From positions 96,001 through 160,000 of the forward strand of contig CBDCQT010000005.1 in NCBI GenBank assembly GCA_965220745.1: 64,000 nt of DNA. The letters run 5' to 3'. Every line of letters begins with the position of its first letter. Within the stretch, counting starts at the first letter, position 1. Positions 10,595 through 19,423 of the stretch are shown here, piece after piece. Under the pieces are notes generated by a model. That model was not told where the DNA came from. It was given only the letters and a program-made list of their open reading frames with translations, and made no database searches. Both the position numbers and the translations under genes were made by a program. This DNA is from Alphaproteobacteria bacterium. Its GTDB lineage: Bacteria > Pseudomonadota > Alphaproteobacteria > UBA828.

Positions 10595-12169
10595 TCACGC
10601 CTCATCCTCCTTCTCGAAGAAGTGGTGCAACACCGTTTCCTCGGAGATTTCGGATTGATCGAGCTCGGCGCGCAGTTCGCCGCGGTACATCACGTAGGTG
10701 CGGTGTACGAGGTGCAGGATCTCCGGCAGGTCCGAGGAGATCAGGAGCACGCCGGCACCTGCCTCGCAGAGATCGCGGATGAACTCGTAGATCGCCACCC
10801 GCGCGCCGACGTCGACGCCGACCGTCGGCTCGTCGAAGACGAAGAGCTTCACGTCCCGCACCAGTGACTTGCCGACCAGCACCTTCTGCTGGTTGCCGCC
10901 GGAGAAGTGTTCCAGGTCGCGCTCGATGTTGAGCGGCATCAGGTCGAGCTTCTGCGCGATGTCGCGCACGACCTTGCGCTCGTTATTGCGGCGCAGGAAC
11001 AGGCGGTTCGAGAACTTGCCCAGCCCGAGCGAGGGCAGTGACACGTTCTCCCGCACGTTCTGCATCATCACCAGGCCCTCTTGGCGGCGGTCCGAGGGCA
11101 GGTAGTAAAGGCCGCGGTCGAGCATCCTGCGGGTCCCAAGCTTGTTCACGTGCCTGGCCCGGTCGTAGACGACATCGCCGTCGAAGGTGATCTTGCCCGC
11201 CATGATCCGCTCGAGGCCAAAACAGGCGCGGCCCAGGTCGGACTTGCCGGAGCCCACAAGCCCGGCGAGGCCGACCACTTCGCCGCGCCGCACATTGATC
11301 GAGACGTCGTTCACGAAGTGCTTGGCGGTGACGAGGTTCTCGACCTCCAGCAGGGTCTCGGCCGGGTTGCGTTTGATATCCGGGAAGATCTGCTCGATGA
11401 CGCGGCCGGTCATCAGCTCGACGAGCTTCTGATCGGTCGCCTCCTCGACGGGGATCGTGTCGATATGCACCCCGTCGCGCAGCACGGTGATGCGGTCGCC
11501 GATCCGCTTGATCTCGTTCATCCGGTGGGTGATGTAAATGATGCCGATGCCTTCGGCCTTAATCTGCTCGATCAGGCTGAACAGCCGATCGGTCTCGCGT
11601 TCCGTGAGCGAGGCGGTCGGCTCGTCGAAGATCATGATGTTCGGCCGGGTGCGGAAGGCCTTGGCGATCTCCACCATCTGCTGCTCGGCGCGGGAGAGAT
11701 ACATCACCTCGTCGCGCGGCCTGAGCGGGAAGCCCAGGCGGTCCAGCGTCTCGCGCGCCTGCCTGGCGAGCGCCCTCTTGTTGAGGATCGGCCCGCGCGT
11801 CAGCTCGTCGCCGAGGAACAGGTTCTCCTCGACCGTGAGGTGCGGCACCAGAGAGAACTCCTGAAACACGGCGCTCACGCCGAGCTGACGCGCGTGGTGC
11901 ACCGAGTGAATGACGGTCGGCTCGCCGCGCAGGTGGATGGTCCCGCCGGACGGCCTGTGCACGCCGGCAACGATCTGGATCAGCGTCGACTTTCCCGCGC
12001 CGTTCTCGCCGAACAGCACGTGCACCTCGCCGGCTTGCACGTCGAAATTGACGCGATCCAGCGCGAGCGTGCCGGGAAATTGCTTAGAGAGATTTTCTAA
12101 TCTGAGAAGGGTATCCCCGGAGCCCTGAGGCTCCGGGGACTCGTCAAATACTGCTGATGGTTCTGCCAC
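10595..12169 (-). CDS. ABC transporter ATP-binding protein (RbsA-type, duplicated NBD)
   Basis: Motifs GENGAGKS, DEPTASL, SGGNQQK and DEPTVGVDVGA. Confidence 0.92.
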   Translation of the reverse strand: MAEPSAVFDESPEPQGSGDTLLRLENLSKQFPGTLALDRVNFDVQAGEVHVLFGENGAGKSTLIQIVAGVHRPSGGTIHLRGEPTVIHSVHHARQLGVSAVFQEFSLVPHLTVEENLFLGDELTRGPILNKRALARQARETLDRLGFPLRPRDEVMYLSRAEQQMVEIAKAFRTRPNIMIFDEPTASLTERETDRLFSLIEQIKAEGIGIIYITHRMNEIKRIGDRITVLRDGVHIDTIPVEEATDQKLVELMTGRVIEQIFPDIKRNPAETLLEVENLVTAKHFVNDVSINVRRGEVVGLAGLVGSGKSDLGRACFGLERIMAGKITFDGDVVYDRARHVNKLGTRRMLDRGLYYLPSDRRQEGLVMMQNVRENVSLPSLGLGKFSNRLFLRRNNERKVVRDIAQKLDLMPLNIERDLEHFSGGNQQKVLVGKSLVRDVKLFVFDEPTVGVDVGARVAIYEFIRDLCEAGAGVLLISSDLPEILHLVHRTYVMYRGELRAELDQSEISEETVLHHFFEKEDEA

Positions 12170-12216
12170 TGGTGCGGGCCTCCATCAGTCTCTTATCTGT
12201 GGCAATCCGATCACGC

Positions 12217-13395
12217 CTAGTCTGTGCTGAACACGGGTGTCCAGCCCTTGGGCGCAAGCGTCGTGGTGGTGTCGAAGTCCGCGTGATTCTCCGGCGTCAC
12301 CATGATCGCCAGCGGCTGCACATGCTCGATCATCCGGCCGGTGTCGTTGAACTCGGGCCGGCCGCCGGTGGCCGAGGGCTTACCCTCGAGAATGCGGACC
12401 GCCTGGTCGATGGAGATCCGCGCCTGGATGATCATCTGATCGGTCGGCGCCATGGCGACACTGCCGCGGCCGACGAACTGATGCATACCGGGCGTGTAGT
12501 AGTAGGAAACGAGCTTGACTTCGTCCTGCAGACCCAGGTCACGGAGCGCAGCCATGCCGCCCTCGACCGCCGGCGCCACGCCAACGATGTAGTCGAGATC
12601 GACATCGCTACCCGAGGTCTGCGCCTGGATCACGTTCTCGACGAGGCTGAGCTGGGCCTCCTTGCTGGTCTGGGCCCACTTGGTCGAGATGACCTCGGCG
12701 TCGGAGCCGACGACCGCATCGTGACAGCCCTGGTTGCCGGCCACCGACCAGCTGGCTCCGGGCGGGCCCGGGAACCAGGCGATCTTGACGTTGCCGCTGC
12801 CTTCGGGGTGCTGGTCAGCGACCCACTTGCAGGCGATCCGGCCCATGCTGTAGTAGCTCTCCAGCGACTTGGCATCGACCTCGGTGTTGATCCCGTTGAT
12901 CAGGTCGACAACCGGGATGCCCCTGGCACGCAGCTCGTTGACCTGCTTGATGTTGCCCTCTGCCGAGATCGCCGAAAGCACGAGAATCTCGGCGCCGTTC
13001 GCGATGCAGTCCTCGACCTGCGAGAGCTGCTTCTCCAGCTTGTCGTAGCCGCCGGCCTCGATCAGAGAGATCTTCTGGCCGAGGCGCTTGCCTTCCTCGA
13101 TGATCCCGTAGGCCGCGCCGACCCAGTAGGAGTCCACGAGGTGGGGGAAGGACACGCAGATGTGGTGCTTCGCGTCCACCTCATCCGGCATCAGCGGCAC
13201 GTAGTCGACGATCTCGAGATTCTGGTTGGCGGGATCGGTCCAGCATGCCGGATCGCCGTCCGTGCATGACGGGTTGTAAATCTCGACTTGCGCCGGCCAC
13301 CAGACGCCGTCGTCCTCTGCCTGCACGTCGGACGCGGCAAAGCCGGTGATGGCCATGCCCGCCGCGACGGCGGCGCCTAGAGTCAGTTTCCACAT
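12217..13395 (-). CDS. TorT-like periplasmic solute-binding protein (type I fold)
   Basis: Signal peptide; CVSFPHLVDSYW...YG...EAGGY...Q...C and WFPGP segments are characteristic of the TorT family. Confidence 0.75.
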   Translation of the reverse strand: MWKLTLGAAVAAGMAITGFAASDVQAEDDGVWWPAQVEIYNPSCTDGDPACWTDPANQNLEIVDYVPLMPDEVDAKHHICVSFPHLVDSYWVGAAYGIIEEGKRLGQKISLIEAGGYDKLEKQLSQVEDCIANGAEILVLSAISAEGNIKQVNELRARGIPVVDLINGINTEVDAKSLESYYSMGRIACKWVADQHPEGSGNVKIAWFPGPPGASWSVAGNQGCHDAVVGSDAEVISTKWAQTSKEAQLSLVENVIQAQTSGSDVDLDYIVGVAPAVEGGMAALRDLGLQDEVKLVSYYYTPGMHQFVGRGSVAMAPTDQMIIQARISIDQAVRILEGKPSATGGRPEFNDTGRMIEHVQPLAIMVTPENHADFDTTTTLAPKGWTPVFSTD

Positions 13396-13433
13396 GGTCG
13401 TCTCTCCCTCTGGTCATGGACCTGTATCGGCGC

Positions 13434-13459
13434 GGGCGCCGGTACTGTCACCGGCGCCC
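13434..13459. other. 10-bp stem-loop in the leader of the TorT-like gene
   Basis: GGGCGCCGGT-actgtc-ACCGGCGCCC perfect inverted repeat. Confidence 0.5.
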
Positions 13460-13539
13460 ACACAATCACGTCTCCGTGTGGAGGCATATTACGGTCGCGC
13501 GACGAAAGCGCAAATGCCCATTGCCCCCCATTTGGCTGG

Positions 13540-14580
13540 TCAGTGGGTGGGTGCCCGCATGTCCTCCGGCACCACCGCGCCGTTCTCCACGATCAGCTCG
13601 TCGTCGAGCCAGAGCGAGCAGCCCTGCATCGGCAGATCGAGGTGGCAGGGGGTGTCGTTCTCGCCGCCGAACTCGGTGTCAGGGCCCAGCGAGAACAGCA
13701 CGTTGCCGTAGTGCGCGCGGCCGTCCATGCCGATGCCCGGCAGGTCGGGCCGCCAGATGCAGTGGTGGTTCAGTCCCCAGCCAATGTGCGAGACCGCGTA
13801 GGCGCGCGGGTCGTTGTAGCCCTCGATGAAGCCCCGCAGATGGTCGGCGCGGGCGCCGCCCGAGATCTCCGTCACCATGCCATCGCTGATGTCGAAGGCG
13901 ATGCGCTCGCCCGTGAACTCGCGCAGCGGAAACACGATGTCGTCCGCGTCCATCACCACCCGCCCGTTCACGCCTTGCTCGGCAGCGAGCGTGGCCAGGA
14001 AGCCCCCCGGCCAGTGGTCCCAGCGGCCGGGCTCGGTGGTGAAGCCGTATTCCGTCAGGATGAACTTGTCGCCGAGCGTGTAAGTGACGTCCGTGCCGGC
14101 CTCGTTGGTGAAGCGCAGGCTCTGCGCCGCCTTCAGTCTCTGCTCCCCGGCTTCGACGCGCGTGCGCATCTCGGCGGTCGGGAACAGGCGCTCCAGGATC
14201 TCCTCGGGCTCGACGACGAGCAGGATTCGGCTGCCCGCCTCCTGCATCGCGATCTGCTCGTGGGAGAAGAGCAGGAGCATGTGGTCGACGACCATGTCGG
14301 CGTCCTTGCAGGTCTGCATCGCCTCCGGGTGCTTGCTCAGCGCGTTCTGCCCGATGTTGGCGATCCTGACCGCCGGGTCCTCCGCACCGTCCGAGGGGAG
14401 GTGCACGTCGGCCACGTCCGCACCGAGGTCGCGTGCGGCTGCGAGCGACGCCTGCCTATAACTGCCGAGCTGGTCGCCTTCCGAGAGGACGGCCACCGTC
14501 TCCCCCGGCCCCACCTCGCAAAGCTCGAGATTCTTGCGGAACAACTCGGTCAGTCGTGCCTGATCCTGCTGTGTGCCCAT
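13540..14580 (-). CDS. nicX: 2,5-dihydroxypyridine 5,6-dioxygenase-like protein (NicX family, M29 peptidase-like fold)
   Basis: Motifs PGRWDHWPGG, SHIGWGL, GMDGR..YGNVLFSLGP and CHLDLPM..CSL.LD, including the His/His/Asp Fe(II) triad of NicX. Confidence 0.75.
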   Translation of the reverse strand: MGTQQDQARLTELFRKNLELCEVGPGETVAVLSEGDQLGSYRQASLAAARDLGADVADVHLPSDGAEDPAVRIANIGQNALSKHPEAMQTCKDADMVVDHMLLLFSHEQIAMQEAGSRILLVVEPEEILERLFPTAEMRTRVEAGEQRLKAAQSLRFTNEAGTDVTYTLGDKFILTEYGFTTEPGRWDHWPGGFLATLAAEQGVNGRVVMDADDIVFPLREFTGERIAFDISDGMVTEISGGARADHLRGFIEGYNDPRAYAVSHIGWGLNHHCIWRPDLPGIGMDGRAHYGNVLFSLGPDTEFGGENDTPCHLDLPMQGCSLWLDDELIVENGAVVPEDMRAPTH

Positions 14581-14591
14581 GATTCCGGCTC

Positions 14592-15860
14592 CTATTCCGC
14601 CGCGCTCACCAGCGCAGTGTAGCCGCCGTCGCGCGGCTCCCGGTTGCGCGAGGCGCTCTCGCGCAGCGCGTCCTCGCCGTCCTGGCGGCGCCTGTCGCGG
14701 GCCTCGTCGTCCTCGCTCAAGAGCTTGTCGAGATAGTAGTTGAGAAGATGGTGGATGGCGCGCTCCAGCCTCGCGGTCGGCCCCGGCCGGAAGGCGCGCG
14801 AGCCGACCCCGTTCTGCAGCGATTCGAGCATGGCCCGGTCCTCGTTCGCGACTAGCCGGATGAAGTCGGCATAGATCTGGTTCTTCTCCTCGAAGGCGGG
14901 CGCGTCGAAATACTCGTCCGGCAGCTGCGTGTAGATGATGATCCGGGTGGTGCCGTGGTCGATCGGATGCGCCACCCAGGGCTGGATCATGTCGTGCCGG
15001 CCGAAGATGTTCATGGTCGGCCTAATCCAGGTGGTGCAGGCGAACTTGTCGGTCACCTTGCCTTTGAGCCAGGGCATGGTGTCGAAGAGCGTCGCTCCCC
15101 TCGGCGCCATGGTGTAGCTCTCGTAGGCTGCGTTGTAGCCGTTCTTCTGCAGGTTGAAGCGGAAGTCGTTGACCGGGAAGTGGCCGCCAAAGGAATCCTT
15201 GTGGATCACGCCCACGTGGTAGATGTCCATCAGGTTCTCGGGGATGAACTTCCAATTGCAGGGCACGTCGAAGACGTACTTGTCCGACGTGCGCGTGTTC
15301 TCCGGTTGGAGGAAGGCGGCGAACTCCCTGACTCCGTCCTCGTCGAGGCAATCCGCGAGGCCGCGACAATCCGGGTCGAAATTGACGAAGATGTAGCCGC
15401 CCCAGGTGTCGAGATTGACCCGCGGCAGCGCGCAGGTCGAGAAGTCGAAGTTCTCCACCTCCTTGGTGTGCGGCGCGCCCAGCAGCTTGCCCTCCAGGTC
15501 GTAGACCCAGGCGTGATAGGGGCAGCGGAAGCTCTTCAGGTTGCCTTCGCCGGTCGTGACCTCGACGCCCCGGTGCTGGCACACGTTGCTGAAGGCGTTG
15601 AGCCGGCCCGCACCGTCGCGGCAGATCAGGAGCGGCTCGCCGGCGATGCGGATGGCCCGATAGTCGCCTTCGTTCTCGAACTCCTCCACCCGGCCGACGC
15701 AGAGCCACTCCTTCATGAAGATGGCATCGACCTCGTAGTCGAAGATCTCCGGCGCCGTGTAGAGGAAGCCCGGCAGATGCCGCGCTTGGCCGAGGTCCTG
15801 GCGCGTCTTCCTGATCTCTTCGAGAATGCTCTCGTCGAGCGTGATGCCCCGATTCTGCAT
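14592..15860 (-). CDS. Rieske non-heme iron oxygenase alpha subunit (choline monooxygenase/CntA-like group)
   Basis: Rieske ligands CQHRG...CPYHAW; mononuclear Fe motif ENLMDIYHVGVIH and a later ED. Confidence 0.9.
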   Translation of the reverse strand: MQNRGITLDESILEEIRKTRQDLGQARHLPGFLYTAPEIFDYEVDAIFMKEWLCVGRVEEFENEGDYRAIRIAGEPLLICRDGAGRLNAFSNVCQHRGVEVTTGEGNLKSFRCPYHAWVYDLEGKLLGAPHTKEVENFDFSTCALPRVNLDTWGGYIFVNFDPDCRGLADCLDEDGVREFAAFLQPENTRTSDKYVFDVPCNWKFIPENLMDIYHVGVIHKDSFGGHFPVNDFRFNLQKNGYNAAYESYTMAPRGATLFDTMPWLKGKVTDKFACTTWIRPTMNIFGRHDMIQPWVAHPIDHGTTRIIIYTQLPDEYFDAPAFEEKNQIYADFIRLVANEDRAMLESLQNGVGSRAFRPGPTARLERAIHHLLNYYLDKLLSEDDEARDRRRQDGEDALRESASRNREPRDGGYTALVSAAE

Positions 15861-15932
15861 CGCTCAACGTCCCCCCTTGCTATTCAAAGCCGGCAGTATA
15901 GCGGCCCGCCTCCGGCGAGTCCGCAGGCGCCC

Positions 15933-17249
15933 TTACACCGGGCAGCCGGTGAGCAGGCGACCCTCGCCGTCGAAGCGGAGCGCCTCGGCCTCGCCCAGCA
16001 CCTCGCCTGCACCGTTCAGCTCCGCGGCGAGCGGGGGCGAGACCAGGACGGTATCGAGGTGCAGGGTAGAGCGGATGATGCAGAGCCGCGCGTCCGCCCC
16101 GTCGAGGTGCCAGGAGGTGCCGACGGCGGCCTGCAGCGCCGCCTTGTCGGTGGCGAGCACGGCGGGGATCCGCACCCGCTCGGTGAAGGTCGCGGTGCAC
16201 GCGTTCATGTACATGGCGTAGAGGTCGAGGTTGTCGGCGACCTCCTTGGTCGTGTAGTCGGCGTTGCCCACTCCGAGCCCGTTGCCGTGGGTCTCCGGCG
16301 TCAGCCCCAGCACCACCAGCTTGCTGATCACCGGCGCCGGCGGGTTCGGGCGCCCGCGGATGTCGAAGCGCGCGGTGACCGCCGGGTCCATGCCGGTGCC
16401 GGAGATGTTCTTGCCCAGCCTCTCCACCGCGAGCACGTCGATCTGCTCGAAGGGCAGCTTGGGAACGCAGCCCTTGGCGGTCTTCAGCAGGCGGGCGTCG
16501 GTCTCGTAGAAGGCCTCCGGCTCGGCGCCCTCGATGATAGCGGCCTCGCGCGCGGCGTTCTCGACGATGGCGATGCCGTAGGCGACTGGCGCCTCGCGGA
16601 TGGCGATGCTCGCCCATTCGGGCAGTACCTCCATGTAGCCGCGCACGCCGAGGCGGTGCACGAAGCGTGCGCCCTCCGCCTTGCCGAGGCCGATGGCGGT
16701 CATCTTGGTGAGTCCGCTTTCGACCTCCCGGTCGAAGGAGGTGTGGGACTTGACCCGGCCGACCACCAGCACCGCATCGGCCTCGAAGGCGCAGCGGTCG
16801 AAATGGACTGCGACGCCCGCGCTCGTCTCCCCCAGCTGCACCACCTCCATGCTGGCCTCGATGGGGCAGCCCATGGCCTCTTCGGTGAAGCCGAGCTCAG
16901 CCAGCAGCGTCACTTGGCCCGAGGCAATGGCACCGGCGTGGCTGCCCATTGCGGGCACGATGAAGGGGTCGAGCCCGCGGTCTTTGAGCCAGGCGACCGC
17001 CGCCTTGACCACCGCCGGTTTGCTCTTGATGCCCCGGCTGCCGCAGGTGATCGCGACGCGAGAGCCGGCCGCAAGCTCGGTGAGCTGCCGCGACCCATCG
17101 AGCGCGGCGCGCGTTGCGGCGGCGACATCGGGGAGCGCCGGCACATCGGGATGGCGCAGCGCCACCGGCATCACTGGCGGTAGCCGCTCGTTCTCGAACT
17201 GCGGCAGCGCGATGGCGGGGAACGTGGGGCTCGGCGTGTTCAGGGTCAT
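15933..17249 (-). CDS. LarA/DUF2088 (lactate racemase-like) domain protein
   Basis: Motifs VAITCGSRGI, PFIVPAMGSHAGA, RVKSHT and ESGLTKM.AIGLGK..GA. Start placed at ATG 17249. Confidence 0.7.
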   Translation of the reverse strand: MTLNTPSPTFPAIALPQFENERLPPVMPVALRHPDVPALPDVAAATRAALDGSRQLTELAAGSRVAITCGSRGIKSKPAVVKAAVAWLKDRGLDPFIVPAMGSHAGAIASGQVTLLAELGFTEEAMGCPIEASMEVVQLGETSAGVAVHFDRCAFEADAVLVVGRVKSHTSFDREVESGLTKMTAIGLGKAEGARFVHRLGVRGYMEVLPEWASIAIREAPVAYGIAIVENAAREAAIIEGAEPEAFYETDARLLKTAKGCVPKLPFEQIDVLAVERLGKNISGTGMDPAVTARFDIRGRPNPPAPVISKLVVLGLTPETHGNGLGVGNADYTTKEVADNLDLYAMYMNACTATFTERVRIPAVLATDKAALQAAVGTSWHLDGADARLCIIRSTLHLDTVLVSPPLAAELNGAGEVLGEAEALRFDGEGRLLTGCPV

Positions 17250-17298
17250 GGCGGCACGATACACCAGAGGCAGGCTGGGCAGAACGCCGCGTTGTTGC

Positions 17299-17727
17299 TC
17301 AGTGCAGCGGTCCCGGCGGGCGTTCGCTGGTGTCGGGCGTCGGCTGGCGCTGGGCTGCTGGCCCCGCCTGATGATGGACCATGCGCCAGCCGCCCTCTTC
17401 TCGCGCGAAGACGTTGGTGGCGATGAGCCAACCCTGTTGCTCTAGCACCTCGCGACAGATCACGAAGGCGCTCGGGCCGAGCACGAAAGCCCGCGGCCTC
17501 TCGCAGCGGATCTGCGGCGCGCCAGGGCCACCGAGGATCGCGGCCCAGCTCTCCATCACCGCCGCGCGCCCGACCAACGCGTCCCAACCCGGATGGATGC
17601 AGGCGACGGGCGTCTCCTTGGCCCAGAGCGCATCCATGGCCGCGAGGTCGCGGGCGGCGAAGGCCCGGTAGAACTCCTGGTTGGCGGCGAGCACTGCCTC
17701 CTCGTCCGACATCGCCTGCTCCGGCAT
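17299..17727 (-). CDS. SnoaL/NTF2-like protein
   Basis: Motifs ANQEFYRAF, CIHPGW, ATNVF and WRMVHH. Confidence 0.85.
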   Translation of the reverse strand: MPEQAMSDEEAVLAANQEFYRAFAARDLAAMDALWAKETPVACIHPGWDALVGRAAVMESWAAILGGPGAPQIRCERPRAFVLGPSAFVICREVLEQQGWLIATNVFAREEGGWRMVHHQAGPAAQRQPTPDTSERPPGPLH

Positions 17728-17748
17728 GGCCGTTTCCTCCCCTGCCGC

Positions 17749-19389
17749 TCAGCCGCGCAGCGCCTCGTATTGCGCGTTGTAGGCGTCGGGATCGACCGTC
17801 ACGTCGACCAAAACCGGTCCCGCGTGCGCGAATGCTTCCGTCAGCGCCGGCGTCAGCGGCTCGGTGGCGCTCACGCGCCAGCCACGGCAGCCGAGGCCAG
17901 CCGCGACTTGGGCGTGGTCCATCTCACAGAAGCGCACGCCTCGGCTTTCCCGCTGCTGCCGTTGTTGCTTGATGTCGATGAGTGACAGCCGCGAATCGTT
18001 GAACACCACGACCGCGATGCGGCAGCCGAGGCGGGCGGCCGTCGCGAGCTCCGCGAGGCACATGTGCAGGCCGCCGTCGCCGGTCATGGCGATCACCGGG
18101 CGCGTCGGCTCCTCCAGCGCGGACGCGATCGCCGCAGGCAGCGCGAAGCCCATTGTGGAAAGGCCGTTCGACTTCAGCACGTCGTTGGGTTCCTCGGCCT
18201 GCCAAAGCCCCATCGCCGAGAACATGTGGGCGCCGGAGTCGACGGTAAGGCGCGCCCGCGCAGGTGCTGCGTGGCGCACCGCGCTCACAACGTCCTCGGC
18301 CGTGCGCTGGCCCAGGCCGGTCATCGCGAAGCCGGTGCGGAGCCGGCTGCGGAGCGCCGCGATCTCGAGCTCCGACCAGCCCGCCGGCAGCGCGTCTTCC
18401 ATGAGCGCCACGGCGGAGCGGTCGAGGGCACCGGTCAGCGCCGCCGCCGGTGTCGCCGGATAGTAGTAGCCGTCGTGGGCCGCCAGCGCGAGGATCGGCC
18501 CCTCGAAGCGCCACGGGCCGGGCAGCAGCTCCACCGGATCGAGGCCGAAGAAAATGAGCAGATCGGCCCGGTCGAGGCAGCGTGCGTCGGCCGAGGCCCC
18601 GGTGAAGCAGCCGACCACCAGCGGGTCGGCGTCCGCGACCGTGCCCTTGGCCTTGTAGGTGGTCATCACCGGGCAGCCGAGCGACTGCACCAGCACCCTG
18701 AGCGCCGCGCTCGCCGCGCGACCGCGCGCCTCCATGCCGGCGACGATGAGTGGGCGCTGAGCCTGGGCGAGCAACCCCCGCGCCTCGGCCAGCGCGATCA
18801 GGTCGAAGTCCTTGACGGCTTTCGTCGCCGTCCTCCGCCTCCGGGCTTCGGGCGCGGCGGTGCCCGTGGCGGGCGCGGTGGCCGCTGCCGACGTGAGGTC
18901 GAGCTGCACCGGTCCCGCCGGGTGGGCCATGGCGGTTTCGAGCAGCGCAGCGACCTCGCCCAGTCCCTCGCCCGGCTCGGGCCTGGCATAGCCCTTGACC
19001 AGCGGCGCGAAGAGGGCGCGCTGGTCGAAGCGCTGGTGCAGGGCGTGGTGGCCCGACGCCGCCTCCGCCAGTGCATCGGTGACGAGGAGCACGGGTGCCC
19101 GCTCCAGCGCGGCGTAGGCGATGCCGTTGACCGCGCTGGCGGCGCCCGGCCCCACGCCCGTCACCACCACACCGGGCGCGCCGCCGAGCTCGGCGGTGAC
19201 CGCCGCCATCAGGGTGGCGGCGGTCTCGCCGTGGGTGAGCACGAAGTCGATACCTTCCGCCGCGAACGCGTCGATGACATCGAGGCTGCTGGCCCCGCCC
19301 GGCACGCCGAAGGCGCGGCGCACGCCGCGCTCACGGCACGCCGCCGCGAGGCCCTGGGCCAGCGTCTCAGCCATGCGCGTCGCCGCCAT
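17749..19389 (-). CDS. Thiamine diphosphate-binding protein (acetolactate synthase-like superfamily)
   Basis: Motifs FGVPGG, HGE (catalytic Glu), GPG, MGFALPAA and GDGG...N. Confidence 0.88.
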   Translation of the reverse strand: MAATRMAETLAQGLAAACRERGVRRAFGVPGGASSLDVIDAFAAEGIDFVLTHGETAATLMAAVTAELGGAPGVVVTGVGPGAASAVNGIAYAALERAPVLLVTDALAEAASGHHALHQRFDQRALFAPLVKGYARPEPGEGLGEVAALLETAMAHPAGPVQLDLTSAAATAPATGTAAPEARRRRTATKAVKDFDLIALAEARGLLAQAQRPLIVAGMEARGRAASAALRVLVQSLGCPVMTTYKAKGTVADADPLVVGCFTGASADARCLDRADLLIFFGLDPVELLPGPWRFEGPILALAAHDGYYYPATPAAALTGALDRSAVALMEDALPAGWSELEIAALRSRLRTGFAMTGLGQRTAEDVVSAVRHAAPARARLTVDSGAHMFSAMGLWQAEEPNDVLKSNGLSTMGFALPAAIASALEEPTRPVIAMTGDGGLHMCLAELATAARLGCRIAVVVFNDSRLSLIDIKQQRQQRESRGVRFCEMDHAQVAAGLGCRGWRVSATEPLTPALTEAFAHAGPVLVDVTVDPDAYNAQYEALRG

Positions 19390-19423
19390 GCGGTCCGCCG
19401 CTGTTGTCCCTCAGGCCACGCCG

